From: an uncultured bacterium
GTDB taxonomy: Bacteria > Armatimonadota > UBA5829
Direction: 5' to 3'
Assembly (NCBI GenBank): GCA_964523735.1
Contig: CAZFYZ010000001.1
Span: 10,672 to 74,671, forward strand
Length of the DNA: 64,000 nt
Below are positions 30,685 through 40,611 of the stretch, piece after piece. Numbering within the stretch: position 1 is the first letter of the stretch; each line of letters opens with the position of its first letter. The notes under the pieces are model-generated. The model did not search any database and was not told the DNA's origin. It saw nothing but the letters and a program-made list of their open reading frames with translations. Position numbers and translations under genes: made by a program.

Positions 30685-31191
30685 CTATGCTCTAATGTCC
30701 AAGCTCAGGACCATCGGCTGGCCCCCGCTGAGCGCGGCGTCATTGGAATAGGAGTTCGGGCCCTGATCGCAGGCAAGTGTGCGAAGGCAGCAGGCAACAA
30801 TGTCCAACCCGTTCTGAAGCAGCAGACGGTTGGTTTCGTGCTCCTCACGCAGTATCGCCGCTGCTTTGCTTATGTGGGCGATCTCGCGCTTGATCTGATC
30901 GGCATACATCGTTCCTGATGCTCCGGCGACTGATGCTGCGTCGGCTGTCGCGGGATCCAGCCCCGCTGATTCAGCCAACCGCCCGGCCGCTTCGGCGGCT
31001 CGCTGGTCGGCCTCGCCAATCCGCCGGAGGATATCCTCCTGAGCCTTACAGGCCCTGACCAGCAGTTCTGCATCGTTGGCCACCAGTGCCTCTTGCTCGT
31101 CGAGTGCGATCAATCGGCCTTTCTCGAGCAGCGCGGAGATCTCACTCAGCGCACTCAGCAGATCCTCGCCCAGTTGGCTTTGGGTTCTCAT
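30685..31191 (-). CDS. flgN: FlgN-like flagellar chaperone (for FlgK/FlgL)
   Basis: The 168-aa helical protein lies between flgM and flgK. The N-terminal region (...LLSALSEISALLEKGRLIALDEQEALVANDAELLVRACKAQEDILRRI) fits the FlgN family. The call rests on position and composition. Confidence 0.55.
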   Translation of the reverse strand: MRTQSQLGEDLLSALSEISALLEKGRLIALDEQEALVANDAELLVRACKAQEDILRRIGEADQRAAEAAGRLAESAGLDPATADAASVAGASGTMYADQIKREIAHISKAAAILREEHETNRLLLQNGLDIVACCLRTLACDQGPNSYSNDAALSGGQPMVLSLDIRA

Positions 31192-31195
31192 GCTG

Positions 31196-31483
31196 CTATA
31201 CCTGCCCTTCGACGGCGGCGCCGATCATCGCCGAGGCGATGTCTTTGCCTGACGGTGACTCACCGGCCGCGAGCGATGCCTTCGCTCGAGCGACCTCGTC
31301 CTCTCTGGTCTCCGGCATCGCTAGCGCGCGCGATCTTCCGTGCTCAACTAGTGCAGAGAACTTAGATATTGTCACAACGTCACTCCGTATCATCTTCGCA
31401 ACTGCATCCGTTGCGTTGGTCTTGTAGATCTTCTGAAGATGAAGCGCCGTCGCCTCACCCGCTTTTCCCACCGGTATGATCAT
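31196..31483 (-). CDS. flgM: Anti-sigma-28 factor FlgM
   Basis: The protein is 95 aa. The C-terminal part (...TREDEVARAKASLAAGESPSGKDIASAMI) resembles the FlgM sigma-28-binding helices. It sits in the conserved position upstream of flgN-flgK. Confidence 0.6.
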   Translation of the reverse strand: MIIPVGKAGEATALHLQKIYKTNATDAVAKMIRSDVVTISKFSALVEHGRSRALAMPETREDEVARAKASLAAGESPSGKDIASAMIGAAVEGQV

Positions 31484-31489
31484 GGCTTC

Positions 31490-31864
31490 CTACCTCCGGA
31501 CACCAATCGCATCCAAGCCAACCATCTCATCCTTAGCTTTGTGAATATCGGCTCTAGCCTGCTCAACGGCTGTCGTGCCCTCTGCGGGACCTTTCGCCTC
31601 GAGCCTCGGCGCAAGCTCTCTGTAAAGCATGTCCGCAATCCCAACTGACTGGGTCCGGGCTGCGGTCGAGCACACCTCGGAGTCCATCATGTCCTGGAAC
31701 ATCTCTTCTTCCCGGGCGGAGCCGAACAGATCGGCCTTGGTTACGGTCTTGCGCATCGACTTGAGGAGCATGTTCATGAACATCCCCTCCATATCAGCGC
31801 AAGCCTTCTTCAGCGCCTTCCGCTGCTCCACTGTGCCAGTTTCCGTTGTGCTCTCGATTCTCAT
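31490..31864 (-). CDS. flgJ: Flagellar rod-binding protein (FlgJ N-terminal domain only; no muramidase domain)
   Basis: The sequence ...ALKKACADMEGMFMNMLLKSMRKT... matches the Rod_binding domain (FlgJ N-domain) consensus. The protein is only 124 aa. Confidence 0.7.
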   Translation of the reverse strand: MRIESTTETGTVEQRKALKKACADMEGMFMNMLLKSMRKTVTKADLFGSAREEEMFQDMMDSEVCSTAARTQSVGIADMLYRELAPRLEAKGPAEGTTAVEQARADIHKAKDEMVGLDAIGVRR

Positions 31865-31888
31865 CGGGCTGAACCTGTCACCTGTCCC

Positions 31889-32998
31889 CTAGATGATCTC
31901 CAACTGCGCCTGCAGTGCTCCCGCCTGCTTCACCGCCTGAAGGATCGCTATCAGGTCTCTGGGTGTAACGTGCAGAGCATTCAGCGCCCTCACCAGCTCA
32001 CCGACGGTCGAGCCGCCGGGTATCTCCGTCAACGGCGCTTTCTCCTCGGTCGCGTTCACGGTCTTCTGGTTCGTGGCGACGGTCGTTCCGCCGCTCATCG
32101 GCTGAGGCTGGCTCAGCAGCCATTCGTCGGTGACTTCGACCGTGAGCGCTCCATGCGAGACGGCCACCGGCGTGATCCGCGCCTGCCCGCCGATGATCAC
32201 AGTGCCCGTCCGCTCGTTGACTATGACCTTGGCGACCTGATCGGTTGTGACCTGAGCGCTCTCGATCAGCGAGATGAGTGACACGAGGTCGTTCTTGTAG
32301 TCGGACGGCACGTTGACTGCGAGCACGTTTCCATCCACGGCCGAGGCGTAGTGCCCGCCGAGGACTTCGTTGATCGATTTCGCAGCGCGCGACGCGGTGG
32401 TGAAGTCGCTCTCGTTCAGGGTCACGTTGACGGAGTCGTTAACCGTCAGCTCAGTCTTCGTGTCACGCTCGACGAGTGCGCCACCGGGTATACGCCCGGC
32501 CGTCGGATGGTTCTTCGTCGTGGAGGAACCGCCGCCCGAGGCACTGAAGCCTCCGATCGAGACGGGTCCCTGGGCTACTGCATACACCGATCCGTTTGCC
32601 GCTCGAAGCTGTGTTTGCAGCAGCGTGCCTCCCTGCAAGCTTCGCGCATCGCCTAGAGAAGATACGACCACGTCTATGGTTGTGCCCTGTCGGGCAAAGG
32701 CAGGGAGCGTCGCAGTGACCATTACGGCCGCCACGTTCTTTACCTTCATCTTGTCTGCGGCGATGGTGAGCCCATACGTGTTCAGCATGTTGGCTAACGA
32801 TTGGGTGGTGAACTTGGTCTGCTGGCTATCGCCGCTTCCATCAAGCCCGATTACCAATCCATAGCCAATGAGCTGATTCGCACGCACCCCCTCGATCGAT
32901 GCGATGTCCTTGACGCGCACGCTCTGTGCCAGAGCGGCGGTTCCTCCAACGCTGATCGTCAGGATCACTATCAATGCTGTTGTGATTGCAGCTTTCAT
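31889..32998 (-). CDS. flgI: Flagellar P-ring protein FlgI
   Basis: A signal peptide is followed by ...VRVKDIASIEGVRANQLIGYGLVIGLDGSGD..., the FlgI signature. The C-terminus is ...LNALHVTPRDLIAILQAVKQAGALQAQLEII. Confidence 0.9.
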   Translation of the reverse strand: MKAAITTALIVILTISVGGTAALAQSVRVKDIASIEGVRANQLIGYGLVIGLDGSGDSQQTKFTTQSLANMLNTYGLTIAADKMKVKNVAAVMVTATLPAFARQGTTIDVVVSSLGDARSLQGGTLLQTQLRAANGSVYAVAQGPVSIGGFSASGGGSSTTKNHPTAGRIPGGALVERDTKTELTVNDSVNVTLNESDFTTASRAAKSINEVLGGHYASAVDGNVLAVNVPSDYKNDLVSLISLIESAQVTTDQVAKVIVNERTGTVIIGGQARITPVAVSHGALTVEVTDEWLLSQPQPMSGGTTVATNQKTVNATEEKAPLTEIPGGSTVGELVRALNALHVTPRDLIAILQAVKQAGALQAQLEII

Positions 32999-33067
32999 CT
33001 ACGCCTCTGAAACTCGCGGATTGCGGATAGCCGGCACGGCTATGGGCGATCTGCCATTAGCCATCCG

Positions 33068-33673
33068 CTAGAAAAGTATCCTCAATATCCTCGTAACCAG
33101 CCCTTCCTTCTGCCTGCTGCCGACCGGACCGCTGCCGGTGTGGGTGATCCTGGCATCAGCTATCGCTGTCGAAAGGACTGTGTTATCCGGGCTGACGTCC
33201 TGAGGACGCACGGTCCCGGTGAGCTTGATCTCTTCCTTCTCGCTGTTGGTCTGGACGAAGCGAGTGCCCTCGATCTCGAAGTTGCCGTTGTCGGTGACCT
33301 TCTTTACCGTGACCGTCATCCTTGCAGTGAACGTGCTGGCTCTGGTTGTGGAGCCCTGGGCCTTCAGCGAGTCCCCAGCTGAGTACTCGAAACCCGGTAT
33401 GTTCTTGATCAGCGGCCCGACTCCGGGGCTGACCTCGGTCTGAGTGTCCTTCTTAGCGTTCGTGGAGGCGGTGCTCGTGGATGAGGCCGACTCGACTATC
33501 ACAACCGTAAGAACGTCTCCGGCCTTGACCGCCTTCTTGTCGGCGTACATTGGGGTCGGTTCGTCCTTCGGGAACAGCGACTCAGCGCCCACCGCCGAGG
33601 CGATCACAGTTATCAGAATGCAAGCTATCGTCCAGCGTGTATACATGTTGATCTCCATCACCTGGTCAGGCAT
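33068..33673 (-). CDS. flgH: Flagellar L-ring protein FlgH
   Basis: The FlgH family is indicated by ...KAVKAGDVLTVVIVESASSTSTASTNAKKDTQ...FEIEGTRFVQTNSEKEEIKLTGTVRPQDVSPDNTVLSTAIADARI. The likely true start is the internal Met at 33658 (MEINMYTRW...), whose ATG overlaps the flgA stop (TGATG). Confidence 0.8.
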   Translation of the reverse strand: MPDQVMEINMYTRWTIACILITVIASAVGAESLFPKDEPTPMYADKKAVKAGDVLTVVIVESASSTSTASTNAKKDTQTEVSPGVGPLIKNIPGFEYSAGDSLKAQGSTTRASTFTARMTVTVKKVTDNGNFEIEGTRFVQTNSEKEEIKLTGTVRPQDVSPDNTVLSTAIADARITHTGSGPVGSRQKEGLVTRILRILF

Positions 33674-34623
33674 ACAAGCCCGGGGCCAAGCACTTTCGCC
33701 TGCACGTCCTCCGTGGCATCCGCCGGCCGGACCTTCACCAGCTCACCAGTTCGGGCGTCAGCTTTGATTTCGCCCGTCGTGTGGAGGGTGACTCCACCGC
33801 ATCTGACGGTCAATGAGGCTGTCTCACCTCGCAGAACTGCATAGGGTGGGGCAACGTCGTTACCGGTGATCATCGTGCCTGTCGAGAGAGCCCTGCGCGC
33901 TACCCAGCCCGTGGTGTCTTCCCGGGACTGCACCAGCGCGTCTGGTTTTCTAGTCACATCCCGCCGATCCCATTCGGTGTTGTCGGGCGTCAGCTCCTCA
34001 CCCTGCCGGATTGCCTTGGTGGCCACAAGCACGCTGGCCATTGCCTTGACGGTCAACGATACCGTCGAGCTTGCTGCCACACGCTCATCCACGATTGCGT
34101 CTACTGTCACCGCAACCGTTCCTGGTCTCAACGTGGGGTTCAGCATCCGGGCTCTGAGCGCACTGGAATCTCCCCCCGCAACGACGATCTCTCTCGGAGC
34201 GCGATCGACAGCCACGTCGTAATCGCACCCATCATCAGGCAGCTGGCTTGCGATCAGGGCCCTGGCTTCTTCTGCGAGAATGTCCGGGCCGAACCTCGCG
34301 CACTTACCAATCAGTTCGACGCTGTCGACGCCGGCGATCTTAACATCGACTTTGGTGTCCGCGGAAACCCGCCGCCGCACAAGATCACTGCTGACTCTGC
34401 TGACTTTGCCCGGCACGGGAGCCGTGGTGACCACGATCTCACCGACCTTAGCGGCCGCTGGGCCCAGGATTCGGGCAATGTCCTTCACTGCCACAGGTCG
34501 GGCGGGCCGTACTTCAGCCTGAGCCCGCAGCGTGACCGTGGTCACTGCCGGCGCCGAGTAGGCCACGGCCCATAGAATCATCAAGACCATCGTTGCAGCA
34601 AAGGTCAGGCTTGCCCGTCTCAT
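33658..34623 (-). CDS. flgA: Flagellar basal-body P-ring formation protein FlgA (SAF domain)
   Basis: The ORF track gives 33658..34701. The likely start is the Met at 34623 (MRRASLTFAATMVLMILWAVAYSA, a signal peptide), 8 nt after the flgG stop. The SAF-domain region ...GELVKVRPADATEDVQAKVLGPGLVCL is at the C-terminus. Confidence 0.75.
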   Translation of the reverse strand: MRRASLTFAATMVLMILWAVAYSAPAVTTVTLRAQAEVRPARPVAVKDIARILGPAAAKVGEIVVTTAPVPGKVSRVSSDLVRRRVSADTKVDVKIAGVDSVELIGKCARFGPDILAEEARALIASQLPDDGCDYDVAVDRAPREIVVAGGDSSALRARMLNPTLRPGTVAVTVDAIVDERVAASSTVSLTVKAMASVLVATKAIRQGEELTPDNTEWDRRDVTRKPDALVQSREDTTGWVARRALSTGTMITGNDVAPPYAVLRGETASLTVRCGGVTLHTTGEIKADARTGELVKVRPADATEDVQAKVLGPGLVCLTR

Positions 34624-34630
34624 ATCATAT

Positions 34631-35419
34631 CTACCTGCGAATATTGTTCGCGATGTTGAGCATCTCATCCGCGCTCTGGATGGTCTTCGAGTTGACCTCA
34701 TATGCCCTCTGCGCGAGGATCATGTTGACCATCTCCTCGACCACCTTGACGTTGGACATCTCGACGAATCCCTGAGAGACCTTCCCAAGCCCGTCCTGCC
34801 CAGGCGTTCCGGGTATCGCTTCGCCGGATGCTTCCGTCTTGGCGAAGAGGTTCCTGCCGAGGCTCTCAAGTCCGCCCGGGTTCACAAAGCCCGCAAGCTG
34901 AATCTGGCCGAGTTCCTGTGGAGCGCTCTGCCCATCAAGCTTCACCGAGATCGTGCCGTCCTCGCCAATACTGATCTCTTTGGCCCCGGTTGGGATCGTG
35001 ATTTCCGGCTGGACCGCGTAACCGTCGGAGGTGACGATCCTGCCAGTCCCGTCGATCTTGAAGGAGCCGTCTCGGGTGTAAGCTACTTCGCCCGAGGGTT
35101 GGTTGACTTGGAAGAAGCCGCTGCCCTCGATGACAACGTCAAGGGGGTTGTCGGTCTTCTGGAAGTCGCCCTGGTCAAAGAGCTTCTGAACGCCCGCGGC
35201 TCGGGTGCCGAGACCCACCTGAATGCCGGTCGGAATCTGCACGCCCTGCGCCTGGTTCGCGCCGGCCACCCGAACAGTCTGATAGAGCAGGTCCTGGAAA
35301 TCGGCCCGAGACCGCTTGAACCCCGTCGTGTTCACGTTAGCGAGGTTGTTTGCTATGACGTCCATGTTGAGTTGCTGGGCTTCCATCCCTGTAGCCGCTG
35401 TATGCAGACTGCGAATCAT
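34631..35419 (-). CDS. flgG: Flagellar distal rod protein FlgG
   Basis: The N-terminus is [48 protein letters not shown]. The C-terminus is ...[44 protein letters not shown]. Confidence 0.9.
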   Translation of the reverse strand: MIRSLHTAATGMEAQQLNMDVIANNLANVNTTGFKRSRADFQDLLYQTVRVAGANQAQGVQIPTGIQVGLGTRAAGVQKLFDQGDFQKTDNPLDVVIEGSGFFQVNQPSGEVAYTRDGSFKIDGTGRIVTSDGYAVQPEITIPTGAKEISIGEDGTISVKLDGQSAPQELGQIQLAGFVNPGGLESLGRNLFAKTEASGEAIPGTPGQDGLGKVSQGFVEMSNVKVVEEMVNMILAQRAYEVNSKTIQSADEMLNIANNIRR

Positions 35420-35432
35420 TCACTGACCTCCG

Positions 35433-36128
35433 CTAGACTCTTCCTGCTTCATTGATGAGCTTATCAAGCGTGCGATCGAGGTTGCCGATCATCCTCTGGT
35501 TAGCCTCGAACGAGCGCATGTTGGTGATCATATCTGTCAGTTCGCGGACCACGCTGATGTTGGCTTCTTCGAGCGAGCCCTGCACTACCCTGGTCTCGCC
35601 TGGTTTGACGCCCACGAGCTTGATCTTATCTACTTGGTTGCCGTCCACGGAGACAGTGCCGTCTTCGGCGACTCCAATTTTGCCTTCAGCCAGCTTGATG
35701 CTGCCCGACCGGCCCTGGACCTTCGCTCCGTCGGCTGTGACGAGTTCCCTATCTGAATTCAGTCGGAAGTCGCCGCCGCGCGTCTGCCTCGTGCCGTTGC
35801 TGTCAACGACCTCAAATGAGCCGGGCCCCTCGATAGCAAAGTCGAAGGCATTGCCCGTGACTCGGATCGAGCCCTCGGACAGGTCGAGCTGTGAGCCGAC
35901 GTTCACGAGCACCGGAGACACCGGCGAGTCGGGATACGATGTTCGATTGGTGACGCTCAAGGCATTGATCCGCTGATCGAGTGCCTGCGCGAACGTGTCG
36001 GACTCAGCCACGAACCTCTGGCGCTTGAACCCCGCAGTCCCGGCATTCGCGATATTGTTAGCGATGGTGTCCTGCTTGAGCGACTGAGCAACCATCCCGC
36101 TTGCAGCTGTATAGAAACCTCTGATCAT
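35433..36128 (-). CDS. flgF: Flagellar proximal rod protein FlgF
   Basis: The ORF track gives 35433..36233. The likely start is the Met at 36128 (MIRGFYTAASGMVAQSLKQDTIANNIANAGTAGFKRQRFV), preceded by GGAGG. The C-terminus ...VRELTDMITNMRSFEANQRMI is rod-protein-like. Confidence 0.85.
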   Translation of the reverse strand: MIRGFYTAASGMVAQSLKQDTIANNIANAGTAGFKRQRFVAESDTFAQALDQRINALSVTNRTSYPDSPVSPVLVNVGSQLDLSEGSIRVTGNAFDFAIEGPGSFEVVDSNGTRQTRGGDFRLNSDRELVTADGAKVQGRSGSIKLAEGKIGVAEDGTVSVDGNQVDKIKLVGVKPGETRVVQGSLEEANISVVRELTDMITNMRSFEANQRMIGNLDRTLDKLINEAGRV

Positions 36129-36286
36129 GCAATGCCTCCAACTCACGTATCGACACGTCCGGTTCCGGCCTTTAGCGACAACGAGCGACCGTCTTGGTGA
36201 CGATGCCTTCGGTACTGCATCCAACCATTGCATAATCCGCGCTTAGCCCCTAAAATAGGAGCAACCCTAACCTGGAGGGATCGCAC

Positions 36287-37333
36287 ATGCAGTTGAATGG
36301 CACTTGGACAGCAATCGTAACCCCGTTGACTCCGGATCAGAAAGTCGATTGGGACGGGCTCAAGCGCAACGTCGAGTTCCAGATATCGCAGGGGATCGAT
36401 GGGCTTGTTCCCGTCGGCACGACGGGCGAGTCTCCCACGCTCGACTGGGATGAGCACAATGGAGTCGTCGAGAAGGTGATCGGTTGGTGCAAGGGCAAGT
36501 GCGGTGTGCTTGCCGGCACGGGCAGCAACTCAACTCACGAGGCCATCGTCAGCACCCGCGAGGCGGTGAATGCCGGAGCCGAGGCGGCATTGCTTGTCGA
36601 CTGCTACTACAACGGCCCCTCCTCGCAGGAGTTGCGTGACGAGTACTACGCCGCCGTTGCAGCCGAGTTTCCTCGGACGACTTTCGTGCCTTACGTGATC
36701 CCGGGCCGCTCCGGCACGGCGCTCACGGTCGAGGACCTGGCGATCCTGTACTCGAAGTACCCGAACATCAATACAGTCAAAGAGGCTACCGGCGATCTGG
36801 CTCGCATGGCCCGGACGCGCTCGCTGCTGGGGGATTCGTTCTCGATAATGAGCGGCGACGACGATATCACATTCAAGATGATGACCGATTCCGGCATCCG
36901 CGCGAACGGCGTTATATCCGTGGCGACCAACGTCGTCCCTGCCGGGATCAAGAAGATGGTGGATCTGGCTGCGGCGGGTGATACGGCAGGCGCCGAGAAG
37001 GCGATGCAGGCCGTCGCCCCGCTGCTTGGCGTAGTCACGGTCAAGGTCGATAACCCTCGAACACTTCCGTCAGGCGAGGTCGTGATGGTCAACGACCGTT
37101 ATCGTAACCCGCTGGCGATCAAGACGCTGATGACCGGTCTCGGGATGCCTGCGGGCCCCGGGCGGAGGCCTCTGGGCAAGATGACAAAGGCCGGCGTCGA
37201 TGTGGTGCGATCCGCAGCGGCCAAGGTGTGGCAGGCCAATCCTGAGGTCCTCGCCCCGATCGGCGAGTTCTACGGCGTGGATATCGCCAAGCGCCTCGCA
37301 GACGACAGTATCTGGTCCAAGCTGGCAATCTGA
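36287..37333 (+). CDS. Dihydrodipicolinate synthase (DapA/NAL) family protein with C-terminal extension
   Basis: The sequence MQLNGTWTAIVTPLTPDQKVDWDGLKRNVEFQISQGIDGLVPVGTTGESPTLDWDEH...VLAGTGSNSTHEAIVSTREAVNAGAEAALLV shows the DHDPS-family TIM barrel with the GTTGE motif. The protein is 348 aa, against about 292 aa typical. Confidence 0.7.
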   Translation: MQLNGTWTAIVTPLTPDQKVDWDGLKRNVEFQISQGIDGLVPVGTTGESPTLDWDEHNGVVEKVIGWCKGKCGVLAGTGSNSTHEAIVSTREAVNAGAEAALLVDCYYNGPSSQELRDEYYAAVAAEFPRTTFVPYVIPGRSGTALTVEDLAILYSKYPNINTVKEATGDLARMARTRSLLGDSFSIMSGDDDITFKMMTDSGIRANGVISVATNVVPAGIKKMVDLAAAGDTAGAEKAMQAVAPLLGVVTVKVDNPRTLPSGEVVMVNDRYRNPLAIKTLMTGLGMPAGPGRRPLGKMTKAGVDVVRSAAAKVWQANPEVLAPIGEFYGVDIAKRLADDSIWSKLAI

Positions 37334-37442
37334 GTAGCTCAAGCTGACCCGCAAGCTCGCAATGTCGTACACGAGTATGACCCGAACCAAGAGGCCAGGA
37401 GCCACGCGGCTCCTGGCCTCTTAACTAGTGGCCCTGGTACGC

Positions 37443-37628
37443 CTAAGGCGGAGGCATCACTCCACGTCCCCTGCCGCTGTATCCTGCGATCAGCGAGATG
37501 ATGAAGAGGACTACGAAGATCCAGAACAGTACTTTGGCTATAGTCATCCCGGCAGCAGCGACTGTCCCGAAACCAAGCACCGCTGCTATGATCGCCAGGA
37601 CGAAGAATATAGCTGCCCAGTAAAGCAT
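37443..37628 (-). CDS. DUF1328 family small membrane protein
   Basis: The ORF track gives 37443..37673. The likely start is the Met at 37628 ([46 protein letters not shown]), preceded by AGGAG. Confidence 0.6.
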   Translation of the reverse strand: MLYWAAIFFVLAIIAAVLGFGTVAAAGMTIAKVLFWIFVVLFIISLIAGYSGRGRGVMPPP

Positions 37629-37778
37629 TGTTTTCTCCTTGCGTTCCAAGCCGGATTGCACTCGGAGCGCCATCCCGGCTCTGACGTTGCAAGGTACTAT
37701 TACCCAGTCGATGCCCGATGAGCCTCGAAAGAAGTGAGAACCTGCCGGCGCGATGCCGGCAGGTAGTGGAGGCTGATA

Positions 37779-38276
37779 CTAGCTCTGTGGCGCTTCCACG
37801 TTTGGCCCCTTAGAGGCCACGCCTGTGAGGAGCTTGTCTGTCTCCTTCTCTTCCTTAAGTGTCTCAGCGAGCTTTTCAGCGACTTCCGTGTCACCCAGCT
37901 GCTCGGCGATGGCCCGAAGGGTACCGTAGGTGGCTATCTCGTAGTGCTCAGCTTTTTGAGCGCCCGCGATGAGAGCGGCGTCGCGCACGTGTCCTTCGCC
38001 TTTGGACTTAACGATCTTCTCGGCGTCCTTGATGATGCCGGCCATGCCCTCGCATTTCTCATCCTCGGGCTCCAGGTCCAGCATCTCGAAGACTTCCTCC
38101 AGGCGTGCAGCCTGCGTCTCGGTCTCGTGGATGTGCTCCTCGAAGTCCTTCTTCAGCTCTTCTGAGGAAGCCGCTTCCACCATCTTCGGCAAGGCCTCGG
38201 TTAGCTGCTTTTCTGCGCTGTAGGCATCGTTGAGTTCTGACTCGAACAGATCGCGCAGTGTCTCAAGCTGTTTCAT
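37779..38276 (-). CDS. DUF892 / YciE-YciF-like ferritin-like protein
   Basis: The sequence MKQLETLRDLFESELNDAYSAEKQLTEALPKMVEAASSEELKKDFEEHIHETETQAARLEEVFEMLD is a characteristic DUF892 helical bundle. Confidence 0.7.
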   Translation of the reverse strand: MKQLETLRDLFESELNDAYSAEKQLTEALPKMVEAASSEELKKDFEEHIHETETQAARLEEVFEMLDLEPEDEKCEGMAGIIKDAEKIVKSKGEGHVRDAALIAGAQKAEHYEIATYGTLRAIAEQLGDTEVAEKLAETLKEEKETDKLLTGVASKGPNVEAPQS

Positions 38277-38352
38277 GTGCTGCTACCTCCATTAACGATC
38301 ACCATGGTGAGAGTACTCCACCGAGCAACAGCCCAAAACGTGAGCCGCGAAA

Positions 38353-39213
38353 CTACGCGTTGATGATCTCCCCTCCATTCGGATGCAAGACCTGGCCCGA
38401 CATATATGAAGAGTCATCGGAGGCCAGGAACACGAAGCTGGGCGCGACTTCTTCGGGCTGCCCCGGCCTGCCCATCGGCACGTCAGCCCCGAACTTCGCC
38501 ACCTGCTCCTCCGTAAATGTCGAGGGAATCAGCGGCGTCCATATCGGCCCCGGGGCCACCGCATTGACCCTGATCTTCTTTGGCGCAAGGTTCAGGGAAA
38601 GCGAACGGGTGAAAGAGACTATCGCCCCCTTGGTGGATGAGTAATCGAGAAGATGGGAACTGCCCCTGTAGGCGGTGACGGAGGCCGTGTTGATGATCAC
38701 GCCGCCCTCCCCCAGGTGCCGCAGAGCGTGCTTGGTCAGGAAGAACATCGCATAGATGTTGCTGCGGAAAGTGGCCTCGAGTTGCTCCGCCGAGATTTCC
38801 TCGATAGAATCGCGTGGATGCTGCTCGGCTGCGTTGTTCACCAGGATGTCCAGCCGGCCGAACACGCTTATCGCCTGCTCGACCACCTGCTCGCAATGTT
38901 GCTCCCGGCCAATGTCACCGGCGATGTAGATGCACCTCCTTCCCTTGTCCTCAACGAGACGTCCTGTTTCGTGGGCGTCGTCATGTTCCTCGAGATACGC
39001 AATGGCCACATCCGCACCCTCTTTGGCAAATGCCACACAGACGGCTCGGCCTATGCCGCTGTCGCCTCCCGTGACCAGGGCGACCTTCCCCTCTAGTTTG
39101 CCGCTGCCCCTGTGCGCGTCATCTTCTGTCCTGGGACGCGGGGTCATCTCTGATTCCATCCCAGGTTGGCGGTCCTGTTTCTGGGGCGGAAGAGTCTGCT
39201 CGCTGTCAGGCAT
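38353..39213 (-). CDS. Short-chain dehydrogenase/reductase (SDR) family oxidoreductase (YghA-like)
   Basis: The ORF track gives 38353..39411. The likely start is the Met at 39213 (MPDSEQTLPP...), preceded by AGGAGG. The cofactor-binding motif is TGGDSGIGRA. The catalytic region ...INTASVTAYRGSSHLLDYSSTKGAIVSFTRSL carries the YxxxK context. Confidence 0.8.
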   Translation of the reverse strand: MPDSEQTLPPQKQDRQPGMESEMTPRPRTEDDAHRGSGKLEGKVALVTGGDSGIGRAVCVAFAKEGADVAIAYLEEHDDAHETGRLVEDKGRRCIYIAGDIGREQHCEQVVEQAISVFGRLDILVNNAAEQHPRDSIEEISAEQLEATFRSNIYAMFFLTKHALRHLGEGGVIINTASVTAYRGSSHLLDYSSTKGAIVSFTRSLSLNLAPKKIRVNAVAPGPIWTPLIPSTFTEEQVAKFGADVPMGRPGQPEEVAPSFVFLASDDSSYMSGQVLHPNGGEIINA

Positions 39214-39232
39214 CGTTACTAACCTCCTGGTG

Positions 39233-40480
39233 CTATTTGGCAATGGGTAGGATGTAGTGCTGAGCCGCCCACAGACCGATGTCAAACCCCATATACAGAC
39301 CCTGGAGGTTGCTGAATTCGTAGTGTATGCCGCCGTATATCCTGCTGCGGCCGGCTTCGTAGGCTGCTTGGGAGAAACCGTCGTATGACCTGTAGACTCC
39401 AGGCAGATCATCCGAGCCGACAGTGAAGGGATTGTAGTCGCCGTAGAAGAGGGCGAGGATCTGTGCGGCGGCGCCGCTGAAAGTGCTGTGGCCGGAGACG
39501 CACTCGGGGAATGGCGGCGTGACGATCAGCGGCTCCCACGTCGGGTCGGGCGTGGTGTCCGGATTGCCATCAGTGTCTGCTTCGCGGGTAGCTGTGATGG
39601 GCCTCCAGAAGTCGTATGTATACTTGCAGTCCCAGGCAGCTATCGCGGCGTCGGCCGAAGCGATGTTGAGCAGGGCAAAGAGCCGCGCGTTCTCCTCGAG
39701 GCTGTTCTGCCGCTGCGAGGCAATGACTTGCGCGATCTGGTTCCAGTGGCCGGGTGGGGTGGATGTCCCGCGGCCGTCGGCCCAGAACAGGGCGATCTCA
39801 GTCTGATCGGGCGTGCGGACCAGACTGTCTTTCTCGCCCAGTATCTTGACCACATCGAATGAGCCCGTGTAATCCGGGCTGGTGAGGGCGGGCGGTCCGT
39901 CTCGCCTGAACTGGGACCCGGTTGTCATCGCGAACGGCGTCACGAGCGGCCAGTTGGGCAGGAGGGCCGGCTGGAATCCGGGGGGCGTCGGCCGCCATTT
40001 GCCCGGGTCCGCGCTGGGAGTATATGGCACGATGTCAGACGAGTGGTCGTTCAGCCGCCAGGCAACAGTTGCGCCCCCGACATAGAGTCCGAGAGAAACG
40101 CCATCCTTCTTCGGCTGGCCGTCGGGGATGCTGATCAGGGATTGAGCAAAGGCCTCGTCCAATGCTGCAAACTGCGCAGGATAGAGATGCATCAGCACTC
40201 GATGAGCCGCGGCGGCGGCCGCAGCCTCGGGTGACGCTCCTGGAGGTGCTTCTGCGTCTACGTGGTACGGCGTGTAGTCCTTGTAGAGCGCATTGACCGA
40301 GTCGTAGATCGCGGCATGGACCATTGCCAGCGCACGAGAGCTTTTGGGAGGCGATGTATTGTCAGTGCGGATTGCTTCGAGCGCGACGTTGTTCCAGTCA
40401 ATCACGACGTCGGACATGAGATCGGCTGGCAGGAGAAGTAGGGCAAAACAAGGCAGAAGCAGCTTGAATGCACGAAACAT
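39233..40480 (-). CDS. Secreted PAP2-superfamily protein, vanadium-dependent haloperoxidase / acid phosphatase-like
   Basis: The signal peptide is MFRAFKLLLPCFALLLLPA. The conserved PAP2/haloperoxidase motifs are ...DFWRPITATREADTDGNPDT... and ...PFPECVSGHSTFSGAAAQIL...GRSRIYGGIHYEFS (KxxxxxxRP ... PSGH ... SRxxxxxHxxxD-like). Confidence 0.6.
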   Translation of the reverse strand: MFRAFKLLLPCFALLLLPADLMSDVVIDWNNVALEAIRTDNTSPPKSSRALAMVHAAIYDSVNALYKDYTPYHVDAEAPPGASPEAAAAAAAHRVLMHLYPAQFAALDEAFAQSLISIPDGQPKKDGVSLGLYVGGATVAWRLNDHSSDIVPYTPSADPGKWRPTPPGFQPALLPNWPLVTPFAMTTGSQFRRDGPPALTSPDYTGSFDVVKILGEKDSLVRTPDQTEIALFWADGRGTSTPPGHWNQIAQVIASQRQNSLEENARLFALLNIASADAAIAAWDCKYTYDFWRPITATREADTDGNPDTTPDPTWEPLIVTPPFPECVSGHSTFSGAAAQILALFYGDYNPFTVGSDDLPGVYRSYDGFSQAAYEAGRSRIYGGIHYEFSNLQGLYMGFDIGLWAAQHYILPIAK

Positions 40481-40611
40481 AGCTCTGTCCCCCTCGGCGT
40501 AGTAGGGGACGGAGCCCTATTCCGCATGCCCTCGTCCCCGCGCGCAGATGTACCCGCCCGCAAGCTGTGAACAAACCATGTCACTGTGTGCGTGGCTGGT
40601 GGGGCGACGGA

